The notes beneath the pieces were generated by a model. It had not been told where the DNA came from and did not search any database. It saw only the letters and a list, made by a program, of their open reading frames with translations. A program made the translations under genes and the position numbers. From positions 18,199 through 82,198 of the IMG/VR virus record IMGVR_UViG_3300042453_002018: a stretch of 64,000 bases of DNA; one strand, 5' to 3'. Positions within the stretch are counted from its first letter, which is position 1. Every line of letters begins with the position of its first letter. The DNA is from a virus (taxonomy: Duplodnaviria; Caudoviricetes). This document shows, one piece after another, positions 20,214-30,872 of this stretch.

Positions 20214-21236
20214 ATGAAGAAGTTTTTAGTATCATTGTTACTTTTCACAGGAGTCGCATCCGCAGCAGAATTAACTGGCGCTGGTGCGACTTTTCCATTT
20301 CCAATCTATGCTAAATGGGCTGAAGCATACAAGGCAGCAACAGGCATAGGTCTGAATTATCAATCAATTGGTTCCGGTGGCGGCATCAAACAAATCAAAG
20401 CAAAGACAGTTGATTTTGGTGCAAGTGATATGCCATTGAAGCCTGAAGAATTAGACAAAGAAGGTCTAATTCAATTTCCAGCAGTAATTGGCGGTGTAGT
20501 GCCAGTATTCAATCTTGATGGTATATCAGCAGGTCAATTAAAATTAACACCAGAAGTTATTGCAAACATTCATCTTGGTAAAATCACAAAATGGAATGAT
20601 AAATCAATCGTTGATTTGAATCCTGGTGTCAATCTACCATCATTAGCAATCACAGTTGTTCATCGTGCAGACGGTTCAGGTACTACATTTATTTGGACAA
20701 ACTTTTTAGGTAAAGCAAATGCAGAGTTTGCGAAAACTGTTGGTGAAGGCACAGCAGTAAAATGGCCAGTTGGTGTAGGTGGTAAGGGTAATGAAGGTGT
20801 TGCTGTTCAAGTGCAACGTATCAAAGGTGCATTTGGTTATGTTGAATATGCATACGCAAAAAGAAACAAAATTGCACACGCACAATTAAAGAATCGTGAT
20901 GGTGTTTTTGTACAACCAAGCGATGATTCATTCAAAGCCGCAGCAGCAAATGCAGATTGGAATAACGCACCAGGAATGTATTTGTTACTCACATGGCAAA
21001 CAGGTAAAGAAGCGTGGCCAGCAACAGGCGCAAGTTTTATTCTCATGCATAAACAACAAGCAGATAGTTTAACAGGTCGTGCAGTTTTGAAATTCTTTGA
21101 TTGGAGTTGGAAGAATGGCGCCAAGATGAGTGAAGAACTAGAATACGTTCATTTACCACAATCAGTCATCAAATTAAACCAAGACAATTGGAAAAAAGAC
21201 TTAAAAGGTCCTGACAACAACCCAATTTGGAAATAA
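20214..21236 (+). CDS. pstS: phosphate ABC transporter substrate-binding protein
   Basis: signal peptide; GAGATFP, YQSIGSGGG, DFGASD, RADGSGTT. Confidence 0.95.
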   Translation: MKKFLVSLLLFTGVASAAELTGAGATFPFPIYAKWAEAYKAATGIGLNYQSIGSGGGIKQIKAKTVDFGASDMPLKPEELDKEGLIQFPAVIGGVVPVFNLDGISAGQLKLTPEVIANIHLGKITKWNDKSIVDLNPGVNLPSLAITVVHRADGSGTTFIWTNFLGKANAEFAKTVGEGTAVKWPVGVGGKGNEGVAVQVQRIKGAFGYVEYAYAKRNKIAHAQLKNRDGVFVQPSDDSFKAAAANADWNNAPGMYLLLTWQTGKEAWPATGASFILMHKQQADSLTGRAVLKFFDWSWKNGAKMSEELEYVHLPQSVIKLNQDNWKKDLKGPDNNPIWK

Positions 21237-21245
21237 GGATAAATT

Positions 21246-22652
21246 ATGAAACTATTTAAAAAATTATCTATCGTAGTTGCACTTGCAGCAGTAATTCCTG
21301 CATATGCTGATGAGTATAAAGATACATTGAATATTCTAAGAGAGAAGAATATAATCACTCAAAAAGAATATGAATCAAAACTCAATGCATATGAAGAAAA
21401 AGAAGAAAACAAAAAGTTTGCAGAACAAAGAATCGATAAAGATGTTAGTGATTCGGTCAAATATAGACAAGCAAGAGCAAACGACGGTTCAGTCACAGAA
21501 AATGGACTTGGACTCAAATCAAAAGATGGTAACAATACGGCGCAGTTTACAGGTCGAATTCACATGGACTATCGACACTACACACCAGATTACGGTGTCG
21601 GTCAAACCACGGATTCGTATCAGAACTTAGCAGAAGTTCGTCGTGCAAGATTTGGTGTTCGTGGCCAGTTTGCAAAAGACTTCAAATATCAATTACTAGC
21701 AAACTTTGGTGCAAGTGATGGCTTTAGTTCTACATCATCAACAGCAGATGAGATGTGGGTAAACTATGCAGCAAATCCAGAAATGCAATTTCAATTTGGT
21801 TTATTCAAGATGCCATTTAGTCTTGAACAAATGACAAGTTCAAACAATCTAGATTTTATGGAACGTAGTTTGATTGGTCAGAATGATACTGAATTTATTC
21901 CTGCAAAAGAAACTGGTTTCATGTTACATGGTGTGCCAAAAGCTGGTCTTACATATGCTATAGCAGCAAGTAGAGGCAAATCCAATAAGAGCGCAGAGTT
22001 CGATGGACTTGATTATATTGGTCGTGTAACAACTAATATTGCTGAACTAACAGGCAGCAAAGCATATACTGCACACTTGGGTGCAGCATACAGCACAGGT
22101 GAAATTAAGAGTGGTGTTGCACCAGCCAGTGGTAGAACAGAATCTCGTATGCAGTCTGGTTGGTTTACCGGTCCTGCATTGGGTGGTGCTACTACAAGAA
22201 CACGACAGGGACTTGAAGCAGCATTTGCATATAACGGTTTAAAAGTTCAAGGCGAACAGTTCAATTTTAAATATGATGCTGCAACAGGTAGTGACCAAGA
22301 AATCAAAGGGTACTATGTACAAGCAGTTTATAATTTAACTGGTGAATCACATGCATACAAAGATGGTGCGTTTGGTTGGATTAAACCAAATAATCCAATC
22401 GACAAAGGTGGTCGTGGTGCATGGCAAGTTGGTGTGCGTATGAGTGAGTTTGATGCAAGTGATGTATCCGTTGCAACAGGCAAATCAAATCGTGCTACTG
22501 CTATGACATATGGCATCACCTGGTTCTGTACCGACAATCTACGTTTCATGTTAAACTATGTTGATACTAAGTTTGATGCGTTAGTTGGTTCTTCAGGTAG
22601 TCGTGTAACAGGTGATAAAGCAATTATGTTTAGAAGTCAATTAAGCTTCTAA
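21246..22652 (+). CDS. OprO/OprP-family phosphate-selective porin
   Basis: signal peptide; RRARFG, GLFKMPFSLE, FMERS; C-terminal Phe; follows pstS. Confidence 0.85.
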   Translation: MKLFKKLSIVVALAAVIPAYADEYKDTLNILREKNIITQKEYESKLNAYEEKEENKKFAEQRIDKDVSDSVKYRQARANDGSVTENGLGLKSKDGNNTAQFTGRIHMDYRHYTPDYGVGQTTDSYQNLAEVRRARFGVRGQFAKDFKYQLLANFGASDGFSSTSSTADEMWVNYAANPEMQFQFGLFKMPFSLEQMTSSNNLDFMERSLIGQNDTEFIPAKETGFMLHGVPKAGLTYAIAASRGKSNKSAEFDGLDYIGRVTTNIAELTGSKAYTAHLGAAYSTGEIKSGVAPASGRTESRMQSGWFTGPALGGATTRTRQGLEAAFAYNGLKVQGEQFNFKYDAATGSDQEIKGYYVQAVYNLTGESHAYKDGAFGWIKPNNPIDKGGRGAWQVGVRMSEFDASDVSVATGKSNRATAMTYGITWFCTDNLRFMLNYVDTKFDALVGSSGSRVTGDKAIMFRSQLSF

Positions 22653-22687
22653 ATTTTCACTCTAAATAGGTATTTCAAGGAGGTATT

Positions 22688-23140
22688 ATGAAATACCTAT
22701 TTTCCTTTATAATTGCCGCATTTTTGACTATTTCTGCATTTGCGGCAAATCAATTTGAACTCAGATTTGAAGGTAACAAAGTCATTCATCAAGATTCCGA
22801 CTGGGAATTTCTAATGCATGAACATGGCTACAATTTCTCAATGAGTAAAAAAATTGATATGCTAGATAAAGATAGTTTTATCGTGCATTCATTTATTGAG
22901 TTTGATTATCCTTATACATATAGTATGTTTAATGAGCCTACGCATAAAATATATACAATGGGTGTTATAAGTTGCTCAAGAAAAGCGATTATGTTATTAC
23001 GACAGATTTATGTCAAAACGGATAGTGAGATACAAATAATTCAACCAATTCAACCAAACGAGTACGTTTCTGAACTTGAGATGCCAGACACCGCAAGACA
23101 TCAAATGTACCTTAGAGTATGCTCAGGAGAAATAGTATGA
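22688..23140 (+). CDS. secreted hypothetical protein
   Basis: signal peptide ending AFA; RBS AAGGAGG. Confidence 0.55.
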   Translation: MKYLFSFIIAAFLTISAFAANQFELRFEGNKVIHQDSDWEFLMHEHGYNFSMSKKIDMLDKDSFIVHSFIEFDYPYTYSMFNEPTHKIYTMGVISCSRKAIMLLRQIYVKTDSEIQIIQPIQPNEYVSELEMPDTARHQMYLRVCSGEIV

Positions 23141-23580
23141 AAAAACTTTATGCAGCAGTAGGATTTTTATTCCTATGTTTATTTTTACCGACACAAGCAA
23201 AAACACCAGAAGGTGTGATGTATGATGCACAAATTGTCCGTGTCAATGATGGTGACACAGTAGTGATTGCAGCACCATTTTTACCAAAGCCATTAAAGCC
23301 AGAACTGGCAGTTCGTATTTATGGAGTAGACACACCAGAGAAAGGTTTTCGTGCAAAATGTCCACAGGAAGATGAACGGGGTAAGTTGGCTACAAAATTT
23401 ACAACCAATGCAGTCGCAAAATCCTCTAAGCGCCAAGTTGTACTTTACGACTGGGATAAATTTGGTGGTCGTGTATTGGGTGATATCGTTTTAGATGGAC
23501 AAAGTCTTCGTGCTATGCTCATTCAAAATGGTTTTGCGCGTGAATACTTTGGTGAAGCTAAACAATCATGGTGTAATTAA
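23137..23580 (+). CDS. thermonuclease (SNase-like), secreted
   Basis: DGDT, RIYGVDTPE, DKFGGRVLG motifs; signal peptide. Confidence 0.88.
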   Translation: MKKLYAAVGFLFLCLFLPTQAKTPEGVMYDAQIVRVNDGDTVVIAAPFLPKPLKPELAVRIYGVDTPEKGFRAKCPQEDERGKLATKFTTNAVAKSSKRQVVLYDWDKFGGRVLGDIVLDGQSLRAMLIQNGFAREYFGEAKQSWCN

Positions 23581-23582
23581 TC

Positions 23583-23741
23583 ATGAGGATACAACACGAA
23601 TGTACCGCGTGTGGATCGGAGTTTACGATTTCTTATAACGAAATGCAAACCGAAACAGATCCAACCCATTGTCCTTTTTGTGGTGAATATTTGATACTTG
23701 ATGATGAGAGTTTTGATGATGAAGACGACGAGCCTTTATGA
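23583..23741 (+). CDS. small zinc-ribbon protein (not in ORF track)
   Basis: CTAC...CPFCG with acidic tail, 52 aa. Confidence 0.65.
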   Translation: MRIQHECTACGSEFTISYNEMQTETDPTHCPFCGEYLILDDESFDDEDDEPL

Positions 23742-24157
23742 CATGGTACTACGATAGTGCTCCATATCAATATGATGAGGTGCCTTTTGGCTTTGTGTAT
23801 CTGATAGAAAATCTTCTCACAGGAAAAAAATATATTGGACGCAAATACTTTACATGTGCTGGCTACAAGCAAGTCAACGGCAAGAAAAAAAAGATACGAA
23901 AACCTTCAGACTGGCAAACATATTGGGGTTCCAATGAGACACTCAAAAGAGAAATCGCAGAATCTGGAGAAAGTAACTACAGGCGAATAATTCTTCATTT
24001 ATGTAAAAGTAAGTCTGAGTGTGCATATTGGGAAACGTATGAGATACTATCACGACATGCACTATTAAGTGAGAATTATTACAACGACTGGGTTACGGCA
24101 AAAATACGCAAAGACCATCTTAAATCTATTGTGCAGAGCAGCAAAAATACTATATAA
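23738..24157 (+). CDS. GIY-YIG family nuclease
   Basis: GFVYLIEN...KKYIGRK; YWGS. Confidence 0.75.
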   Translation: MTWYYDSAPYQYDEVPFGFVYLIENLLTGKKYIGRKYFTCAGYKQVNGKKKKIRKPSDWQTYWGSNETLKREIAESGESNYRRIILHLCKSKSECAYWETYEILSRHALLSENYYNDWVTAKIRKDHLKSIVQSSKNTI

Positions 24158-24205
24158 TAGTAGAACGGTGCCTAATGGGCCGTTTAACTTTTACAGGAGA
24201 AAATT

Positions 24206-24457
24206 ATGCTTTGGAATACACAACCTCAATTTCCTACATTTTACACATGGAATGACATTCAACGTAAAGCTGAAGAGATGACGATTAAGACTATTGACTT
24301 TAATAAAGTTGTGGTCGATCACACTATTGCCTATTTTGACAGCGTTACAGATAATCATTTTACTACATATACAAAGAAAGTAGTAAACTTGAATAAGAAT
24401 GTAGCAGAGGATGCAAAAAAAATCATTAAGTCTGAAATCAAGGAAGCTAAAGCTTGA
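24206..24457 (+). CDS. hypothetical helical protein
   Basis: AGGAG RBS; ORF track. Confidence 0.5.
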   Translation: MLWNTQPQFPTFYTWNDIQRKAEEMTIKTIDFNKVVVDHTIAYFDSVTDNHFTTYTKKVVNLNKNVAEDAKKIIKSEIKEAKA

Positions 24458-24679
24458 TATAGAGGGCAAGACAAAATTTTTTGATTCGGTAACTAGAGGT
24501 GGGTGGTGGATTAAGTTCTCCACCTACCGTGATCATTATATCTTACTAATGATTATATCAAAATATACAGGTCAAACAATTATTCGATATTACGCAGAAG
24601 AACAAGACGCAGTAGCCTTTATAAATTTTATTACTACATGTAACGCACAAAATACATTTCATTCAGTATAGGAGTTGTT

Positions 24680-25300
24680 ATGAACATTTATGAGTCTTTG
24701 AAGAATACCCGCACTATGATTGATTCTTTACTGATAGACGCACCTCTTGAGTTCAATTCTATTCCCATTCCCAATCCAATAGAGCAAGTCAAACTTGCAG
24801 CCGATGCTTGTGTGAAAGCATTGAATGCAGGTAACAAGATATTCTTTATGGGTAATGGTGGTTCAGCAGCCGAAGCACAGCACCTTGCTGGTGAACTTGT
24901 TTCATTTTTTATGCAGAAAAGTAAACCGTATGCAGCAATCGCATTAAACACGGACACTTCGGTTATGACGGCAATTGCAAATGATTTGGGTTATCAGCAT
25001 GTATTTTCACGCCAAATCGAGGCGTTAGGAAAACCAGGTGATATAGCAATTTATTTGTCCACATCAGGTCTCTCTAAAAATATTTTAGAAGCGATGGGAG
25101 TTGCAAAAAACATGGGCATAATTAATATTGCGTTTACGGGTATGAAGACTAGATACATGAATAATTATTCAGATTATTACATTGCAATACCATCCACATC
25201 AACGCCTTTAATACAAGAAGGTCATTTGATTTTGGGGCATATATTATGTGAAATGATTGAGGAAAGTATAGAATCCAAAACACTTCACGACAATTTCTAA
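24680..25300 (+). CDS. gmhA: D-sedoheptulose-7-phosphate isomerase
   Basis: GNGGSAAEAQH, TAIANDLG, FSRQ, STSG, IQEGH. Confidence 0.9.
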   Translation: MNIYESLKNTRTMIDSLLIDAPLEFNSIPIPNPIEQVKLAADACVKALNAGNKIFFMGNGGSAAEAQHLAGELVSFFMQKSKPYAAIALNTDTSVMTAIANDLGYQHVFSRQIEALGKPGDIAIYLSTSGLSKNILEAMGVAKNMGIINIAFTGMKTRYMNNYSDYYIAIPSTSTPLIQEGHLILGHILCEMIEESIESKTLHDNF

Positions 25301-25303
25301 TGC

Positions 25304-25618
25304 ATGCCTACACAGAAAACTTGTCCTAGATGTGGTGTAACACACAATAAACGTGGACCATATTGTTCCCGCTCATGTGGTAATGTGCGTGAGCATACTG
25401 AAGAAGACAAGGCAATTAGATCCGTTAAACTAACCGAGTATCATTTAACACCAGAAGGTGCAGCAACACGCGAAAAATCATCCCGAATGATATCAGCAAA
25501 AAATAGCGGGAAAGATTGGGAAGAAGTGGGAGTTGAAGACTTTGCAGTAAACATTCCAGATGTTACAGATTATGTGGCTGAGTATGATGAAACATGGAAC
25601 AGAGCAGAGAGGTGGTAA
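25304..25618 (+). CDS. hypothetical zinc-binding protein
   Basis: CPRC...YCSRSC. Confidence 0.55.
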   Translation: MPTQKTCPRCGVTHNKRGPYCSRSCGNVREHTEEDKAIRSVKLTEYHLTPEGAATREKSSRMISAKNSGKDWEEVGVEDFAVNIPDVTDYVAEYDETWNRAERW

Positions 25619-26317
25619 AATGAAAGCATTTATCATAATATTATTTACCGTATTCATGGTAATGGCAATGAATACTGGTGATTGGCTTGCTTATGTACTA
25701 GTAATGATTGGATTTGCGGTCATGATGTACTACATGGATGAGTTAGAGTGAAATCGTTGACAATTACGATATATCGCTATATAATTTGATATATGGCAGA
25801 GATATATACATTTACACCGAAACAAAAACCTAAAGAAGGCAACAACAATGAGTTGAGCCGTCTTAGGGCAAAGTTGCTTGAATTACATGAAGTCCGAGAT
25901 GCACTTAACAAAGAAATAAGATATACAAAAGATGCAATTAACCTGCTCGAAAAAGGCGAAAAATGACAGAAGATCCTGACGATTTTGATGATGAAATTGA
26001 TGAGGTAAGTGTCATTGATAAAATAGACATCTTGATAACACTTATAGAAAATGGTCCAAAAGATAGGTACAAAGCTTTGGCAGTCGTACTACATGAAGCA
26101 AAATTTCAATTACTACATGCGTGGAATGAAGTCCAATACTATATGGAGCTATGTGAAAGTTATGAAAGAGCAATCAAACAAATAGGCGATAAGTTGAAAT
26201 AACAATTCATCGCCTAAGGAGAAAGGCGATGAATATACTTTTCAGATATCTACTAATCTATATCATAGTATTTTTTACTGTGGTGTCAACACCGTACATT
26301 TTTTCGGTTCTAATCAA

Positions 26318-27220
26318 ATGAATAAACACTTCACACTTATAGAGTGGTTTGTTGTTTTTTCCGTTTTGTTTTTTCTTGTAATTCAATCGGCCGATGCAAG
26401 AAACAAACACAAACACAAACCACATCGAAAACAAACAACCAAGTCACAAGCCGTTCGTGAATACGTTCCAGATACTCTGTCCGTAATGGTAACAAATGTG
26501 ACTGATAATGTAATCATTCGTTCACAACACATTGATCAGATACGTCCATTGGCCAGCATGACAAAGTTGATGACCGCAATGGTGGCATTAGATTATGATG
26601 CAGATATGAGTCGTAAGCTTACATTAAGTCGATTAGCAGGCAGCAGAATGCCTAAACGCGAATACACACGCGGTGAGTTGTTTCATATGTTATTAATCAA
26701 GAGTGATAATGCGGCAGCCGAGACATTAGCAAATGATTATCCAGGTGGTCGTGAAAAGTTTATTACCGACATGAACATCCGTGCGATGATGCTAACGATG
26801 TACAGTACAAAGTTTGATGACCCGTCAGGTCTGAGTCCAAACAATGTTAGTACCGCAAGTGATGTAACACAAATGGTTGTAGCAGCCTCAAACTTTGGAG
26901 AGATAAGAGATATATCTACCAAGAAAACGGCTACGATTGAAATCGATGGGCGTAGAAAAAGCAGAGTTACCATACTACATAACACAAATCACGCAATACT
27001 TTCACAGGTAAACGGTGTGCAAGTGAGTAAAACTGGTTATACAAATCCAGCTGGTTTTTGTGTGGCTATATTGGTACACAAACAAAATGGCGACAAAGAA
27101 TATCATGAGGTAATCGTAGTAATGGGCGCAAGAAATCCTTCACAAAGAGTTGACACCGTGAAGAAGGTCGCATATAATAAAATGATAGGAGGCGTTTATG
27201 ACACGACGAGCCGAATTTGA
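26318..27220 (+). CDS. serine D-alanyl-D-alanine peptidase (S11, PBP5/PBP7-like)
   Basis: SxxK (SMTK), SDN and KTG motifs; signal peptide. Confidence 0.9.
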   Translation: MNKHFTLIEWFVVFSVLFFLVIQSADARNKHKHKPHRKQTTKSQAVREYVPDTLSVMVTNVTDNVIIRSQHIDQIRPLASMTKLMTAMVALDYDADMSRKLTLSRLAGSRMPKREYTRGELFHMLLIKSDNAAAETLANDYPGGREKFITDMNIRAMMLTMYSTKFDDPSGLSPNNVSTASDVTQMVVAASNFGEIRDISTKKTATIEIDGRRKSRVTILHNTNHAILSQVNGVQVSKTGYTNPAGFCVAILVHKQNGDKEYHEVIVVMGARNPSQRVDTVKKVAYNKMIGGVYDTTSRI

Positions 27221-27728
27221 AGCAGTAATGAATCGAATTAAAAATTTAACCGAATATGAAGTACAAATAACGGTACCAGAAGATTTTCAATTTGAAGGTC
27301 CCGTACCATATGATATGTCAATATCAGGAGATACCGCATGGGTAAAAGTAGTTGCAGCTTCCTTAGAGGAAGCAACGATAAAAGCGAATGAATACTTTGA
27401 GTGCAAATACAAATAAGCCTTGGATGGCACCAGAGTATGATATACCTGTGATGGAAAATGAAGAAATGTGGTCACAGCGTGTGATTGATGAAACCGCACG
27501 ATATCTATGGTTAGAACTTGACCGAGAAGGGGATAGCAATGTGGGTTCTAATAATTAGTTTATACATGTTACAGTCAAATACGGAGTTGGTACAGAGTAA
27601 AGGCGTAATACAAGCACCACAACGCAGTATTGAACAATGCATAAAAGAGCGCGACCGAGTGAAAGAACAATGGCACATGGATGGATATCGAATAAGTCCG
27701 AGATGTGTTTATATTAAATATTATTAAT

Positions 27729-27815
27729 GCGACTATGGTGAAACAGGTATACACAGCAGACTTAAAATCTGCCGCTCGAAAGGGCATGCCAGTTCGATTC
27801 TGGCTAGTCGCACCA
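27729..27815 (+). tRNA. tRNA-Leu(TAA)
   Basis: cloverleaf, loop CTTAAAA, long variable arm, TTCGATT, CCA. Confidence 0.92.
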
Positions 27816-27820
27816 ATTTC

Positions 27821-27897
27821 GGGCTGTTAGCTTAAATGGTCAAAGCAGCCGACTCATAATCGGTTGAGTGCGGGTTCAAGTCCTGCACAGCCCACCA
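27821..27897 (+). tRNA. tRNA-CAT (Met or lysidine Ile2)
   Basis: loop CTCATAA, TTCAAGT, CCA. Confidence 0.88.
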
Positions 27898-27903
27898 AAC
27901 AAC

Positions 27904-27978
27904 GCGGCTATCGTATAATGGATAATACAGGGGATTTCTACTCCCTAAATGTGGGTTCGATTCCTGCTAGCCGTGCCA
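27904..27978 (+). tRNA. tRNA-Arg(TCT)
   Basis: GGGGA-TTTCTAC-TCCCT anticodon arm; GCCA end. Confidence 0.88.
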
Positions 27979-27997
27979 ATTTTATTGTGGAGACATA

Positions 27998-28423
27998 ATG
28001 GCTATTACAAACAATCCTCATGGATTTGCACCCACTTTTGATGTTGATCCGTATCATGATCCCAGACTAGATTCATCATTAAATTCTGGTACATTTAAAA
28101 TAGATTCAAGGGGTGTGGGTAAAATTTCAGCACATGACATTACAGGTATCAATAACGGTAATTTTACACTTCAACCATTTGATACATATCAAGGACAAAT
28201 GATTACAGCCACACTAGAAATTGATGAATTTCAAATGAGTAGAATGGATGATGTTGACATGAAAAACAAAGTTTTAAACTCATTGGTCAATGAGTTACTC
28301 TCTGCAAAATGCATAGAGTTTACAAAACAGCATGATGTTGCAACAAATACAATGAAAGTTCGTGCAAGAATCTTTGCGACACCAGATAGTCAAATAAGAG
28401 TTATTCGACAGACGGTAAAGTGA
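27998..28423 (+). CDS. hypothetical protein
   Basis: GGAG RBS; ORF track. Confidence 0.55.
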   Translation: MAITNNPHGFAPTFDVDPYHDPRLDSSLNSGTFKIDSRGVGKISAHDITGINNGNFTLQPFDTYQGQMITATLEIDEFQMSRMDDVDMKNKVLNSLVNELLSAKCIEFTKQHDVATNTMKVRARIFATPDSQIRVIRQTVK

Positions 28424-28427
28424 TGTA

Positions 28428-29081
28428 ATGGATTTGGCAAGAATTTTAGCTCAAAATATTCATTCGGGATCAGGTAATCACGGTTTGTCTGAAGAAGAGT
28501 TGTACACTATACTCCAACAATGTACCGACATCGATAAATTTGCGTATTCATTATTTAAATGTGCAGAGATAAGTGGCAAATCTGCATTTACTACACAATT
28601 AATTACTCAAAATAAACCCGACGTAAAAAATTTCACAAGATGGCACCACATCAAAGAGTCGTATAATGAGACATGGGGTTTTGCAAAAAATACTCCAGGT
28701 TGTTACGTTTATGGATTATTTGAAGATGGTCCAAATGATGAATCTGCCGACTTTTTAGACCCTAATGTTTTTTACATAGGCGAAAGCAGAGCGACATCCA
28801 GAGGATGCATGTTAGGCAGACGAGCGGATTTCTATTACGGAGTTATTAATAATTGGGTAAGTCCAATGGGAAACAGTCAGAGATTCGTTGAGAGATTCGG
28901 TGAAGAAAAAATTAAATATGTTTATCAAGCCTACTTGCCGATGCATCCATCATTTTGTAAGTTGACCGAATTAGAGTTATTAAAAGAGTATTATCTAAAA
29001 TATAACGAAATACCTGTTTGTAATCATAAGTCAGATCGTTCCAAAATAAACAAGTTAATCAAAAGTAAATCACAAATATGA
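28428..29081 (+). CDS. possible GIY-YIG-like nuclease domain protein
   Basis: PGCYVY...FYIGES...R; late ELELL and PVCN. Confidence 0.45.
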   Translation: MDLARILAQNIHSGSGNHGLSEEELYTILQQCTDIDKFAYSLFKCAEISGKSAFTTQLITQNKPDVKNFTRWHHIKESYNETWGFAKNTPGCYVYGLFEDGPNDESADFLDPNVFYIGESRATSRGCMLGRRADFYYGVINNWVSPMGNSQRFVERFGEEKIKYVYQAYLPMHPSFCKLTELELLKEYYLKYNEIPVCNHKSDRSKINKLIKSKSQI

Positions 29082-29143
29082 CAGAAAAAGTTATCAAAAA
29101 GAAATCACTCTGGCGAAAAAGGCAGGCACCTAGCAGATAATGC

Positions 29144-29172
29144 TTGACAATCTTACCGCTTTCGGATATACT
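29144..29172 (+). promoter_or_regulatory. sigma70-type early promoter
   Basis: TTGACA-N17-TATACT; same architecture at 25757, 27150, 30167, 32182, 34604, 35204, 35926, 36863, 37523, 41365, 42643, 45722, 48823 (N18), 56064, 56463, 56897. Confidence 0.8.
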
Positions 29173-29200
29173 GTAAATGTGATGAGAAAGTGAGTAAGAA

Positions 29201-29473
29201 ATGGTTAAGAAAGTTGATAAGTTTGATTTGAGTGAAGCGTGTGGATGGATCGGTATGTTGTTGATTCATGCTGCTACTCTTCCTACTAGTTTGGGTGTGA
29301 TTCTTGGATATAGCGATAAGTTACCACCTCTAAGTATGGTGTTGATGGTCTGGAGCGGTTTGTTTCTGTTTCTAGTTCGTGCATTAGGTCGTAATGATAA
29401 GTTATACATAATTAGTAACGCCGTTGGTTTCTTTTTCAATAGTATTCTGTTGGCTCTGATTGTGTTTAAATAA
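29201..29473 (+). CDS. small 3-TM membrane protein (PQ-loop/SemiSWEET-like size)
   Basis: three hydrophobic helices; IISNAVG. Confidence 0.5.
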   Translation: MVKKVDKFDLSEACGWIGMLLIHAATLPTSLGVILGYSDKLPPLSMVLMVWSGLFLFLVRALGRNDKLYIISNAVGFFFNSILLALIVFK

Positions 29474-30872
29474 TGGAGAATGTGATGAATTACGGAATGT
29501 TTACAGAGAATGGCAATCGTGTAATTGACGGGATTGTGATTGTTGCAAAAGAGTTTCATTATTCTTGGAATTGTGTAAGTGATATACTTACTAAAATTTC
29601 AGAGATAGAGGGCTTCGAAGAAGCAAATGATACTGCGGTTCGTGAGAGTGTATATTTGGCAATGGAGGGTGTGTGATGAATAACTTAGTGAATGTAGCGA
29701 CACAAAGAAAATGGGAATATCAGGCTTACGGTGGCTACAAAGATGAAATTGTAGATTCTGTAAGAGATTCACTTACTTTTAAACTTTCAGGTCCAGGTAT
29801 GGTAATAGCAAGTTATCTGTCCGATGCACAAGAGTTGATTGCTGTAAACGATGGTGAGCGGGCTCGTCAATATATCAATATCGCAAAGATGTTGTTGATG
29901 GAATTTGAATTAGGGTTTGAAAGCCGTGCTGCGGCATAAGATGGACCCGCTATTCATCGTAGCGGGTAACCGAGAAGAGTTTGACGATTATGTCATTCGC
30001 AAAAGAATGATGGGACATGATTATGATTTTAGATTTGTCTATAGTCCTGATGTACTGCGTGGCCTCAATACTATTCGTGGGTTCTACGTTGGTAGCTATC
30101 GAGAACGCCCCGACTGGTCTGAGATTGATACCGTTATCAAAGTGATAAAATCCCGCGGTGGATGACTTGACAAAGTTTTCATTTGTTGATATACTATTAT
30201 TTCTTGAGTTGATGTGGAGATTGTGATGATTACCCCGGATGTTGAAGATGTTTTGATTGCTGAACTGGCCCGTGCTATTGCTGAGGCTACCTTGACTGAT
30301 TATACTGAAGAAGAGTGTGAGGCTGCGCTTGATGAGATGTTTGCAGAACATCAAGCCTTGATGTATGCTGCACAATCGTGGGACAATGACGCGGTAGCAT
30401 ATGGTGAGATGTAATGAAATTATGTAAAGATTGTAAATACTTTGCCGAAGCCTCTGATAAAGAGGCTTTTTGCTTACATGAACAAGCGGTAAAGTATGAT
30501 GATCCAGTCTATGGCAATCATAGTAAAAGAACTTGCATTGATATGCGATTAGGCGGTCCTGATCGTACCGCATTATGTGGAAAAGTTGGTAAGTTGTGGA
30601 CTGCAAAGCCAGGCTTTTCAGTAGGATCATACAACCCACTATGAAATATTACACTATAGTTTATCCTGATGTGACTGAATCTGGTCAAGAATATGACCAT
30701 TGGGAAACATTATCAGAAAAGGAAATACTGAATCAATATTGGATATATTGGTTCACGAAAATGATTCAAGCCAAACGCCCTGATTTTGAGTTGACATCCG
30801 AAAATTGTATCAATGACTGGTGTATTGTGCATTGGGCACAACGAAATTGCTGGCGTGAGATGAAAGACAATT

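Noticed and set aside
27904-27978. Possible amber suppressor tRNA (CTA in the loop) and genetic recoding
   Set aside because: The stem register gives loop TTTCTAC with anticodon TCT (Arg); core genes are intact in the standard code and some ORFs end in TAG
29950-30639. 229-aa minus-strand ORF and most other minus-strand ORFs
   Set aside because: They overlap well-formed + strand genes with RBS and promoters and have no motifs; only 47796-48765 looks like real minus-strand coding
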